Shown: positions 11,010-23,243 of the stretch, in pieces | Layout: each line of letters starts with the position of its first letter | Numbering within the stretch: position 1 is the first letter of the stretch | Assembly (NCBI GenBank): GCA_040437565.1 | Contig: JBDOQK010000031.1 | Span: forward strand, 186,001-250,000 | DNA from: Albugo candida | Taxonomy: Eukaryota | DNA: 64,000 nucleotides | Direction: 5' to 3' | Notes under the pieces: generated by a model | The model's input: only the letters and a program-made list of their open reading frames with translations | The model's database searches: none | What the model was told of the DNA's origin: nothing | Program-made: the position numbers and the translations under genes

Positions 11010-14000
11010 ATGGATGATTTTTACCGTCTCGAACGGCTACTTTTCCTCGGAGACGATTGTGATATTGATGCAAATGATATTTTGAACGGTTTCCAGAAGA
11101 ATTTTCTCGCACACTCCCCTCTCACAACACCACTCTCTCTGCGTCCATGCTCTCTATCACCGCTCGTTTCCACCACAAATCCTTCCGAAGATGAGATTTT
11201 TCACTCTGTCATTGCTCAAAGCTGTGGACTTGAAGAGATCGATATCGCATCGTGGAAGAGATTGAAAGATAAGGCAAAGCTCTCTTCGGATGCTCAAAGT
11301 CTATCGTGGCAGGATGCTATCATTCTGCGTGACTTAATCTTTCAACAACGTCTAGCATTTTTTCAGGCTCGAATTTTACTGTTTCGACTAGCACTATATG
11401 TGCATATGGAACCGGAGGATACTAAAGAGGCGTCTCGAAGTCTAAAAAATGCGATTATGCAGAGTGCTGAAGCGCTTTTGCGTCAGGAAAGCCTAGGGCG
11501 CATGTTGATCGGTGCAATATGTGCGAATAATGATGTTTCACATCGTTTGAAGAAAAACGACAAGTATGCGGAGGCTATAGAACAAGTTGTGGATGTCTCT
11601 AAACTAGCAACTTATCTAGTACATTCTACTCGTGCGAAAGAGCTAAATTATGTGAAGGAGGCATTGCATGCAAGGGAGTTGCTGCTACTTGTGACAGTAT
11701 TTGCATCGAAAATTAATATTGAAGACAAGGACTGGACGGCAGACAAAGCAGCCAAGATTGTTCAGACATTACATGTACCGTCCGCTATAATTGCATTCTT
11801 ATCGTGCGCTAAGTAATGTAATGCTTACTACACAGAATTCCCACTGGAAAATTCCAGAAGACAAGTTTCACCACGAGACCTGCGAGGATGTTGTATTTCG
11901 TCAACTTCAGCAAGAGAGCATTCATGTTAGCACCTTACTTTGCGCTTGGATTCTGATGCCAGAGTCCTCTATCTTTTGGCAAGAGCAGGACATACGAAAG
12001 CTTCTTGAAAAGGACATCACAAAAGACTTATATCGTGATATGGAGGACACCTATAGTGAGACCGATCGCTTTATTCTATTGAGTGTCGCAGTAGCGGGCA
12101 TCAGAGCTGTGTCTATTGAACGTCTTCAAGCTCTTGATCCAGCACTTGTTGGTTTTGTGAAGACGTCAGCGAGTCGTAATCCCTTTCAACATTTGGATTT
12201 GATTGTGAACTCAATGGTCCATGAACGAAAGTCATGTGACTTGGGCGATGGAAATTTTTACAGCTTTAATGTACCGTGTGCCGATCTGAATCAAATTCAC
12301 ACAAACAAAATGCTGGTGAGTAAGCGTAACTCTACTGCTCAGGCTATAGTCTATCAGATAGTTGGCATGAATGTGGTGGAAGAGTTCACCCGGCTATTTG
12401 AAGAAGTGGCAAACAAATCTGTTTTAAGTCAGCGTGTTCTAGTAAAAACAGTGATCCCACTACTGCATGCGCACTATTGGAAGGATGTGCTCTGTCCTAC
12501 AAATGCACAATGTCTTGTCGTGAAGTATATGACGCGCCTAGCAAATCCTATATCATCCGATGCCGCGTTTACCACATTATCAATTCTCTCTCAAGTTACC
12601 ATGCATGCCAGTACAAATACAAGCTTACAAGAAACCTGCATGGAGCGCATTCGGGGCACTTTCCAAGAGGAGAAGATCTATCCACAGCTTCTGGGTGATA
12701 CATACACGGCTCGAAGCAGCAGTAGGTCTAAGTTGGCTCTGCAAAACGGAGATGAAGCAAATAATCCTACATCCTTATGGGCGACAATTCTGGTATCACT
12801 CGATACTTTGGCGTGGTACGTGCAGGAAGGAAGAAGCATAGATGCAAATTCTTTTGGCGTCGCAAGTGTTTTTTTCGAATTATTGGGCAATATTCGACAA
12901 TGGGAAGATGCATCTGCCAAAGTGCAAGAGATCGCGCACTGGATTGGATATGTTAGACTACGACATTGGTGGCAATCTCGTAGGATTCCATCGGGCGAGG
13001 TGTACCTTGCGAAATTACTCAAATGTGAAGATGTATCGCTGAGTGTTTTACTACACGCTGACGAGCGACAACTCAGCTCTATAGGCATCACTGGTCCATG
13101 CGTAAGAAAAACGATTCTGGCTTATTGTCTTGATGATGTTGAAAGCATCACGTGCAAGGAAACAACGAAAAGTACAACTTTCACAATCGATGGATTGTAC
13201 TTCCTGATACGTGTTTGCCTTTTCAGCTTGGAAGCATTATTGGAGAATAATGAAGCAGGTGAAGTTTCACGAAAATTTACATCAAACTCTCTCAAAGCAC
13301 TTGGCACTCTCACGTCGATCGACATTGCCGTGGATATATTGACTCATGATTTTGGATTGATGGGTCATGGAAGCATGTCTGCGCGTATCTTGCAGAGCGC
13401 TTTGGAAGGGCTCGCGTTATCACATTGTAACAAGGAGGCATATGCTTGTTTCACCATAGCCTTGGAGATTTGCTGGAACATGACGCAATGGTGTCTATCT
13501 TCGGAAGTCAAATTACTGGACTCATTCTGTGGTACTTCTTGTCCAACGGATACAGATGTGATCACCTCGATACAGCAGATTTGGTGGACTCGTATTATCG
13601 ATTTTGTATTAAAAACTCTTCGAGACATCAGAGAAGTTGGATTTCTTGACGAAATTGCGAATTGGTTCACTCAAGCGACCTGTTTCGCGTTGCTCAATTG
13701 CATTCTCAGTGCACGGTATTTTAGACCGACTTGTGTATTACAAGAGATACAAACAGCTTTGCGAACATTAATCGCTCACAATTTACCTTTACTTGAACAA
13801 CTTGTGAACACCGCGTCCACTCTACTCGAAGAAGGGAAGAATACAATGGGGAAAGGAACACGTGTGTATCCATTCTTCCAAACCACGACCGAAGAGGATA
13901 GTAAACTACAAACACAATATGGCATCGTAGAACCGAAGGTATCCAAAACGACTGTGAAGAAATCTCTGCAAACACGGGAGGAGTTGGCTGCGCTAGAACT

Positions 14001-17000
14001 CGTTCTTTCCAGCTTAGAATTGCTTCAGGCGGTGTACACTTGTGGAAGTTGCGACTCAGCTGTACTGAATTCAGAAACAACAAATCAATTTCCTTCAAAA
14101 ATTGTATGGATGGCTATTTCGTATGGCTCGTTTAGTCTTGATCGCAGCACTCTTCCGGTACAAAGTATTCGACTTCTCCGACTCTTTTCAGCAAGCATGA
14201 AGCGATCTTGCTCAGAGTCAGAAAGATTGCTATTCAATTTCTTTCCATCAGATGAAGATAGACGTTTGCTGAGTGTGACATTGTCTGAAGCTTTCAACTC
14301 TAAAAGTAAAAACTCAGCCGCACTGAAGCTGGAATCAATACAATTGTGGTCGTGTTGGCTGGAACTGAATCCTGATTTTGTATCTCTCGTGGCATTCGAT
14401 CCCGAATCAAAGGGTTTAGGACTTTCATTCTGTGTGCAGTCGATCTTGGGAGCACTTCCTGACGCAGCAAACTGGGGGGATCCGCTCCTATGCGCCAGTT
14501 TATCGCTTTGTCGCCAACTTTGGAAAGCAGCGTTCTTACGTGGCTCAAAAGCACATCAGCATATGGTAAAGCTATTACAGGATGCTTTCACTGATGATAA
14601 AGTGCCAAGCAAATCTGGCTCTCAAGCATTTTGGCAAACCCTCTTCGACATTATCACATGCAGTGACTTCACGTCGCCGCGATCCCGGCAATTATTGACA
14701 CACGTGTACATTGCGTGGGCTCTGATTTTTGACATGATGTGCTATGAGTGGCTTTATAGTGCGAAAACAGGCTCTGAGAATATTTTGTCAGATTTTTGGA
14801 AACGAGTTATTGACGCTGATCTACTCTGTAGTTGGATTCGATCATTTGCTCGTTTTGATCTTGATATTACTCGCTTGACAGACTGCTTGCAGCATGTTGT
14901 TCCATTTTGCTCCTATTCGAAGTTGGGGAACGGGATGATGAAGCCTTCATACGTATCGTATATATCACAAGCACTTTGTAATGAGAAGATGGTTGCATGG
15001 CAGCTAGGGCTGGTCTCCGGGAAAACGAATAATGACTCACTTATCAGACGTGTAACGTGGACAAACTCAGTAATTACATCGTCTTTAAGTCATCATTATC
15101 TGGTACGTAATTGGAGTCAGTTTCTACGGCTCGGATTATCCCAGTCTTCATTAGCAAAGGCTGGAAAGAACAGTCATCCAAACCCACCCGCTAGCTTATC
15201 AGCTCAAATGATACAAGTGATGACACCCCAAGCTCGACAGCAGGGGATATCAGCCCTACTTGCATCTATGGAAGAAGCTTTTGCATGTAGTCAAGAGGCA
15301 AACTTCTTTGGGGAAGCGTATTTCAATCACACGGTAAAACTATTAGCAGCGTTACTCCACTGTGCAGAAAGCGATAATGCCGCTTCACCTTTGGATTCAG
15401 AAACTTGCTGCAGGGTTCTCAAACTAGGAGCCTGTATCATGCAGAACCACAGTTCAATACCTCAGCAAATCGACATATCGACTGAGCCAACTGTTTCCCC
15501 GTCGAATTACACGTATGCATCCATCTTTCAATTATTGAATGAGGTTCTACCCGAGAGCTTTAGCAGACGCACAACATTTGGAACAGAAACTCGTATATCC
15601 GCCATGACCGCGTGCCTATATGTGCTACAGAATTTTTATGTCGAATCACCTGAAGATTTTCTGATCATTATGTCGCAAAATGTCATTGTTAAGCTAATTG
15701 AGTCGTGTCTTGGTGGTTTGGCATCTCAAGATCACATTTCTTCAGAGTGTGCTCAAATGAGCTGGGCTTTACTGTACCAACTACTGCATCAAGTTGCCGT
15801 CTCTACCAGCACACTCAGTCCGAACAGATCAGCCGTTCGCCTCGCCCCTATCTTAGCAGCATTGAATCATCAACACCAAGGTACATCAGCGATTTTCCAA
15901 ATGATCTTCGAGCAGTATGACGTCGATGAAGGAGAAGTTTCCAAGGAAAAGCAGCAGCAAACTTTGCGCATACTGGAAGGAATGGTTGCACTAATTTGGA
16001 ATCAAACGAATCCACACATTATACGCCAAATCTTCTTTAAATCCTTCAATCTGTTGCTATGGCTTGCGTCCGACTTCGTACCATTATTGCTACAAAAAGC
16101 AAAAAGCAACGAAGATGAAGCTCCACGTGGATTCGTCCGAAACAACGGCATGTATGAACGACTCATGAGCCATAAAGCGTGGTGCTTCGTTCTAGAAATT
16201 GTGGCTGGATTGGTTCATGTGCTGCCTACAAAACATTTGTCAGAGGAAGGATCCATTTGGCTACTGCTGCGATGCTCGGACACTTTTATTGCGTCGGCTC
16301 TTGATCCAGTAAAAAAAGCGACAAGTGCGCGCATCCAGGAACAACAAGCAACACTACGTCTGCTTCGCGAGATGGTCCGTTGTCAGGCTCTTGCTAAAGA
16401 ATGGCGTCATCAATTACCGGCTGGATACATGCTCCTGTTGGAACGATGTCGACAAACGTTAAGACGTACCTGTGTGCTTGTAGCTCAAGATGATGGATTC
16501 TGTAGCATGGACGCATCTAGACATAACGAAGCATCGAAAAAGAAGCTAAGATTATGGCCAATTTCGTCGTTGAAAATGCCGTCTAAGCAATCACCGCTAC
16601 ATCAACAAGTCGATCCAGTACTCTCGCATGAAAAAAACGACTCGATCCAGTTCTATCGACAAATTAGAGTCCAATTGTACGAAAGTGTGCATCTTACAGC
16701 TTCCGTTTTGTCGCATTGTATACCTTCACCACAAGATACCTGGATAGTTGTGAATGGCCGAAAAGTTCTTGATCAGGAATTGCTGACACCAATTCTCTCC
16801 AATTTGTCACCATCACAAGCAGCACACACTGAATCGGAGCCAAGCATTGGTCATCTCTGCCTTGCCATAACCTCCGCAATTCATCAGTTGCAAGAGATGA
16901 AAGCCCAATCTACAGATAATGCAGTGATGTATCGCGAGGCGAAAGTTATCGTTGGAAGTATTCAAGCGTGCAGCCTACTCTTTTTGCAAGCGCTAACACT

Positions 17001-17154
17001 ACAACTGCAAGTTTCGGATCAAGAATGTGATGCATATTTGGAATGTAGAGTCATATTCGAGCATTTAGTCAGTCATGAAGGCCTCAGCTCGCTGCTTATT
17101 GAGCTTGATGTGAGTGTGGCAAAGAAGATTTTGAACTTACTGCCGTCAAAATGA
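11010..17154 (+). CDS. NUP188: Nucleoporin NUP188-like (about 2000 aa; intron 11775-11835)
   Basis: Two long ORFs joined in frame by a 61-nt GT..AG intron. Alpha-solenoid character. The segment SEAFNSKSKNSAALKLESIQLWSCWLELNPDFVSL...FCVQSILG...PLLCASLSLCRQLWK...FWQTL resembles the recalled NUP188 middle region. Confidence 0.65.
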
Positions 17155-17749
17155 TTAATACAAGCGGTTCCCATCATTCTCAAAGCGTCTAAATTGCCAC
17201 GCATAGCGTCATTGTGTGCACTCAGCATTGTCCATTATCTTACGAGGTCCAAGAAGGTAGATGCGCAATGAGTGACATCCGCTTGACCACTACATGTGTA
17301 TGAAGCTTGAAATAGGTTGTAGGGAAAAGGCATTGTAGGTCACGTGTGTGAAGGCCAGTATGCGACAGCAAAGGGCCTGACTGTCGCAAGCTTAATTTAG
17401 ACGAGTTGTATCGTGTGGATTCCACGACATTTTGTCACAATGTGATAGCGGTACGTCGAGAATGCTGAAGAAATGCATTCAAATGCTCAACTCGTGCATG
17501 TCGATAATGGAAGTAAATTGCTGATCATGTTGTGTTCTATGTCACTATTTCTCTGACCGCAAATGTACTATATCACACATCAGACATGCCTTGCTTTCTC
17601 CGCGTCCTTATCTCTATTAGATATACTTTAAGATCAGAAACGAGACAAAGTTCTCTTATGCCAGAATTCGGAATAGGTTCTACTCTCACATCAATCTCTG
17701 TCATGCACTGAAATCCATTTCGGCTGCAAGGATGGGCTCATAATATCGA

Positions 17750-18482
17750 ATGCAGTCGAATACAGCGACAATTGGGCAACACCGAGTCTCGGAACAAACA
17801 TATATGGAGAAAACTAATAGTCACTCAAGTGAAGGAACACTCCGCCATCACAAGCGATCTCTCTCCGCAGATTTTGCATCAGAAATGCATCAGTCGAAGC
17901 TCAACCTCAAAAAACCCGACATAACTTCATCATTTGTTACAACCGTATTCCATAACAAAGCTTCGCTAAACCACACTCTGGGCTCAGAAGAAANNNNNNN
18001 NNNNNNNNNNNNNNNNNNNNNNNNNNNNNNNNNNNNNNNNNNNNNNNNNNNNNNNNNNNNNNNNNNNNNNNNNNNNNNNNNNNNNNNNNNNNNAAACTAA
18101 TAGTCACTCAAGTGAAGGAACACTCCGCCATCACAAGCGATCTCTCTCCGCAGATTTTGCATCAGAAATGCATCAGTCGAAGCTCAACCTCAAAAAACCC
18201 GACATAACTTCATCATTTGTTACAACCGTATTCCATAACAAAGCTTCGCTAAACCACACTCTGGGCTCAGAAGAAACTTTACAACGCCAAATTCCGATAC
18301 AAGCAATTGGTCGCTTACCTTTGAAACGTTTTGATTCGGCGGATTGGATGCTCGAATCATCAAAGAAAGAGTCTGATTGCTCCTGTAAAGTGGAAACAAA
18401 GGTAGCGAAGGTACTCATTGATCGACATAATTACACAACATGCCGATTTATACGCACACAAGCGGGCGATGCTTCAAAGTAG
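17750..18482 (+). CDS. Small disordered protein with endosulfine/ARPP19-type motif (about 149 aa after collapsing duplication 17811-17993 = 18094-18276)
   Basis: KRFDSADWML matches the FDSxDY/W motif of ENSA/ARPP19/Igo proteins. The ORF becomes continuous once the gap duplication is removed. Confidence 0.55.
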
Positions 18483-18661
18483 TGAATTCAGAAGATGTGA
18501 TCCCTGGACAATTCTGATAAATACATATTTTTGCTATTTTTGTGATTGATATTTGTGACGTCCCATCATGAACAAAGATGGTCGGGAGAACGAAGCATCC
18601 AAGAAATCGACTATTGCATTTGTGAATTATGCTAAAACTACCATCTTGTTCCAGCATGTAA

Positions 18662-19984
18662 TCATTGTAGCGGTTTGCCATTGTACAAGCTTTTGGCATA
18701 ATCAGGAAAGCGAATGAATTCTGGCATTTGTTGCCCACCTTTTCCGTCCGAATAGACACTTTCAAATGCTGTTGCCTCGTCGGGGCGACCAGCAGCCTTC
18801 GCTTCCTTCGCGGCTTTGACAACTTCGGCCCGGACATCTTTTTCAATTGCTTTGATCTCATCAGCAGTAACCATGTTACAGTCCAAAAGACGCTTCTTCA
18901 CGCTTTCAATCGGATCACGAGACGCTCGCATCTGGGAGATCTCATCTCGGTTACGATAAGTAACACCGGGGTCGGACATGGAATGACCATGATATCGGTA
19001 CGTGCTGAATTCTACATAGATAGGGCCGTTACCCTCACCGCACCATTGTTTCATGAAACGAGTGCATTCTCGTACAGCGAGTACGTCCATGCCGTCACAC
19101 CAAATGCCAGGTATATGATTACCCATCGTGTAGTAGTCCTGGTTGGACGAAGAGCGAGCAATCGAGGTTCCCATACCATACTGATTATTCTCAATGCAAA
19201 AAATCACCGGTAATTTCCACAGTGACGCCATGTTAGCGGCCTCCCAAATCTGACCTTGGTTGGCTGCTCCATCTCCAAACATTGTTATAGCACACGGCAT
19301 CAATCCTTCCCCGTTATGATTGTACTTGCACGCAAATCCAAGCCCTGCGCCCACGGGAACTTGAGCTCCAACAATACCCTGACCCCCATAGAAATTCTCT
19401 TTTTTATTGTAAAAGTGCATGGATCCTCCTTTTCCTTTAATAGCTCCTGCTGATGTGCCGAATAGCTCCCCCAAAATTGACTTGACTGTACCCCCACGAG
19501 CAAGCATCGTACAATGGTTACGGTATGACGTGATCCAAGCATCTTTGCGGTTGAGTGCAGCCTCAACTCCAGTTGCGACTGCTTCTTGACCATCATACAA
19601 ATGGCAAAACCCACGAATAGTTCGAGCCTATCAGCACGTCGTTATAAGCTTGATTCGCAAAAGAGCGTATTCTACTCAACTGTACCTTATATTCATTATC
19701 ACATGTGATTTCCATGCGACGCATCGTATACATCAAGCGATAATATTCAAGCAGCTCCTCCTTATTGCTGTAAGCGTGATTTTCAGGTCCTTTATCGAGC
19801 CCTAAGCATTGCCTGTATGTATCAGTAACCTTTTAGCACAGGATACAATGTAGCAAGCATTACGATGTAATTTGAAAGGACGGAGAAATTCAAATTGCTG
19901 CTTTTCCGATGTGGTGAAAGCACGGCTTAGGAGTTCTTTGGCATTAGGTTTACATACGGATCGAAACAGCGGGTGGCGCAACAT
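18662..19984 (-). CDS. PDA1: Pyruvate dehydrogenase E1 alpha subunit, mitochondrial (introns 19802-19863 and 19628-19685)
   Basis: IRGFCHLYDGQEAV, GKGGSMH, TPP motif GDGAANQGQ..E..N and YRYHGHSMSDPG. Arg-rich presequence MLRHPLFRS. Splicing restores the frame. Confidence 0.97.
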
Positions 19985-21995
19985 CTCGAGTGGTCTACGC
20001 GTCTCGAACTTGACAGGTTCGAAAGCACACGAACTTTAGAAAGTAGTCTAAAGAATTGATTAAATTGCTTAAGTGTCATAATGGATTCTGGATAAAATAT
20101 CGATATGCCATGTNNNNNNNNNNNNNNNNNNNNNNNNNNNNNNNNNNNNNNNNNNNNNNNNNNNNNNNNNNNNNNNNNNNNNNNNNNNNNNNNNNNNNNN
20201 NNNNNNNNNNNNNAAATATCGATATGCCATGTGAGAAGCTCAATTTCAGTTGAAAAAACCATTTTTTTTTGAAGGAAACCAACATGTTTCGAGAATCTGG
20301 CTCAGTCTAATTAGGAGGATGACACGTTCGTCCTTCTTAGCTTCCGGTTCAACGAGAGCGTTCACAGGAAACCGCAATGGCAATGAGTAGCTCTAGCAAT
20401 TATTATAGGAGATCAACTAAAATCTTGCGCATAATCAAAGGAGGTATACCAGCTCTACATCGATTCAATTGTGATTTCCACGATTTGTCAATGCCACGCG
20501 ATTGCATGCACTCTGCAATGATGGGATCTACATTCCGGTAAGGGCAACAGAGCGCGTGGCATCTATCAATTGTACTGGATTGGTAGCTGTTAGACGCGTT
20601 TAAGAAGCTCGCTAAGTTAAAATCCAAAAGGCGAGCTACGTCAAGCGGCACATGAAACAAAGTACAGTGAACATGGTGAATGCTTGGAGCTAGTACAATG
20701 CAGATTGTAACAGCATTGTCCTTACGTGCGAAAAGAAGAATTCAAGGTGGGCCAGATGGTCACCCAATTTACCTGCGAGGTTTACAAAAGCCACACAAGT
20801 AGCCATTGGGCTACAATCTGCTGAATGACAGTATGAGGTGGGGCTCCTTCCAATCGATGCATAAAAAAACCACCTTCAACAAGATGATGCTAGCCATTTA
20901 GAAGCATGTCGGGACACAACGTTCTAGAGCCTGATTCATAAGCCAACACACAGCTGATAAAATTTTGCTGAAGAAGAATCGGAAATTGCGTGAGTCGTCT
21001 TTGTGTCAATTTCTAAGCTTTTCTTCTATGATTCATGTCTATGGCGTAAAGTTCATTCAGCGAGGTAATAAATGAACATTAAGTGGCTTCATCGTTATTC
21101 TCAGCGACAGAGCTCCGACAAATGCGATAGAATTGCCATCCCATAATGGCATCATGATGGAAGAATTGATACGATACGTTACTCCTGGTCTGTCAGGAAG
21201 CGAGCGATATAACTAGGAAGTAGATCCGATTCAACAACACTAGCTGTCAAAATCTTGACGAAAAAACACACACTGACGCCGCTCTAGCACATCATCTTGA
21301 AGCAAAGCCTAGTCATACAACTGACAAAGTAAAAGCAGTGCATGTACTCATATCAAAATAGGTTGCCAAGATGCTTGTTATTCAGTTAATCTATTTACTC
21401 ATTCGCCATCCTGAATACGTTTTAGCGAATGTCAAAGTGCTGATGGAAAGTAAAGTGCCTTTAGCATACTATCTCCTTCAAGATGTGCTGCCGGAATCGA
21501 CTCTGCCGAGATCAATTCTACCTTCAATCCGGCACACCCTTCCGCACGATATGTGAGCGATTCAAACTTGGTGGAAGCCGATCTTCATCCACTTAAAGCA
21601 GCGAAAGTGTCTTTAGGCTACGAGCGTAATGAAAAATTTCTGAGCGTAAAAGTATCATCAGAATAGATACTGGTTAGAATAATGAAAGCATTTTGCCCAG
21701 AAGTTGCGCTTGCCGCCGTCTCCTAGATTGTACCAAATTCTAGAAAGGCTGAATTAGTCAACTGCAGGCAACTTGAATGTGTGCACAGCGAGTATTACGT
21801 TCACGAAGCAGTCGAATGCGCATTTTGACAATTGCTGCATCTATATTTACTCAATGAACACTTGATTCCGCCGGTAACCTTTTCTCGCGACACGATAACA
21901 CCCTCGGCCTGCCAACCCGCTTGCTAATAAACCTGCGAACCCGTCTCGGTATTGGTTGGCTACCTGACGCGTAAAAAAGAGCACTATTTAACAAA

Positions 21996-23243
21996 ATGCT
22001 GCGTCAAATTATCCGGAACAAATCATTCGCCCGATCATTATCTACTTCCAGCGCGAAAAAAGTTTTCGAGCGTAACAAACCGCATGTCAATATTGGCACA
22101 ATCGGACACGTTGATCACGGAAAAACGACACTAACCGCAGCTTTGACCAAAGTTTTGTCGGAACAAGGAGGAGCTAAATTCACCAGCTATGAAGACATTG
22201 ACAAGGCTCCGGAAGAGCGAGCGCGTGGTATCACAATTTCCACTGCTCATGTGGAGTATGAAACTGACAAACGCCATTATGCACATGTCGACTGCCCTGG
22301 ACACGCTGATTATGTGAAAAATATGATCACAGGAGCTGCTCAAATGGACGGTGGTATCTTGGTCGTGTCTGCTGGTGATGGACCTATGCCGCAAACTCGA
22401 GAGCATATATTATTAGCCAGACAAGTCGGAGTACCTGCGTTGGTGGTTTTCCTCAACAAGGTCGATCAAGTGGATGACGAGGAATTGCTTGAATTAGTGG
22501 AAATGGAAATTCGTGAGCTGCTAGATTTGTATGAATTCCCTTCTGAAGACATCCCTATCATTCGAGGATCCGCTCTTGCAGCTGTGGAAGGACGCGATCA
22601 TCCTATCGGTCGAGATGCGGTTCTCCAGCTCGTGGAGCAAGTGGACAACTATATTCCAGACCCAGTTCGGGACTTTGAAAAGCCATTCCTGATGCCCGTG
22701 GAAGACGTTTTCTCAATCTCTGGACGAGGAACTGTTGTGAGTGGGCGTGTCGAACATGGAATAATCAATGCTGGGGATGAAGTTGAGCTTGTTGGTATTC
22801 GTCCAACATCAACAAAAACTACATGCACGGGGGTAGAAATGTTCAAAAAACAATTGGACCGAGGTCAAGCAGGTGACAACGTCGGTCTTTTATTGCGTGG
22901 TCTGAAACGCGATGATGTGTTACGAGGTCAAGTTGTTTGTAAGCCAGGAAGCCACGTTCCTCATACCAAGTTCGAAGCAGAAGTATATGTTTTGAAAAAA
23001 GAAGAAGGAGGTCGTCATACCCCATTTTTCAGCAATTACCGACCACAATTCTTTTTCAGAACAGCAGATATCACGGGAACAATCAATTTGAAAGAAGGAA
23101 CAGAAATGGTAATGCCGGGTGACAATACCGCAGTTGACATTGAATTGATTTCACCAGTCGCGTTGTCAGCTGGTATGAAGTTTTCAATTCGTGAAGGTGG
23201 GAGAACGATTGGCGCTGGTGCCGTCTCCAAGGTAATCCAATAG
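21996..23243 (+). CDS. TUFM: Elongation factor Tu, mitochondrial
   Basis: [27 protein letters not shown]-terminal presequence [16 protein letters not shown]. Confidence 0.98.
   Translation: MLRQIIRNKSFARSLSTSSAKKVFERNKPHVNIGTIGHVDHGKTTLTAALTKVLSEQGGAKFTSYEDIDKAPEERARGITISTAHVEYETDKRHYAHVDCPGHADYVKNMITGAAQMDGGILVVSAGDGPMPQTREHILLARQVGVPALVVFLNKVDQVDDEELLELVEMEIRELLDLYEFPSEDIPIIRGSALAAVEGRDHPIGRDAVLQLVEQVDNYIPDPVRDFEKPFLMPVEDVFSISGRGTVVSGRVEHGIINAGDEVELVGIRPTSTKTTCTGVEMFKKQLDRGQAGDNVGLLLRGLKRDDVLRGQVVCKPGSHVPHTKFEAEVYVLKKEEGGRHTPFFSNYRPQFFFRTADITGTINLKEGTEMVMPGDNTAVDIELISPVALSAGMKFSIREGGRTIGAGAVSKVIQ

Noticed and set aside
20300-21900. Divergent interval between PDH E1-alpha and EF-Tu as a mitochondrial gene cluster or hidden gene
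   Set aside because: About 2 kb apart, only short ORFs without motifs, and no shared pathway.
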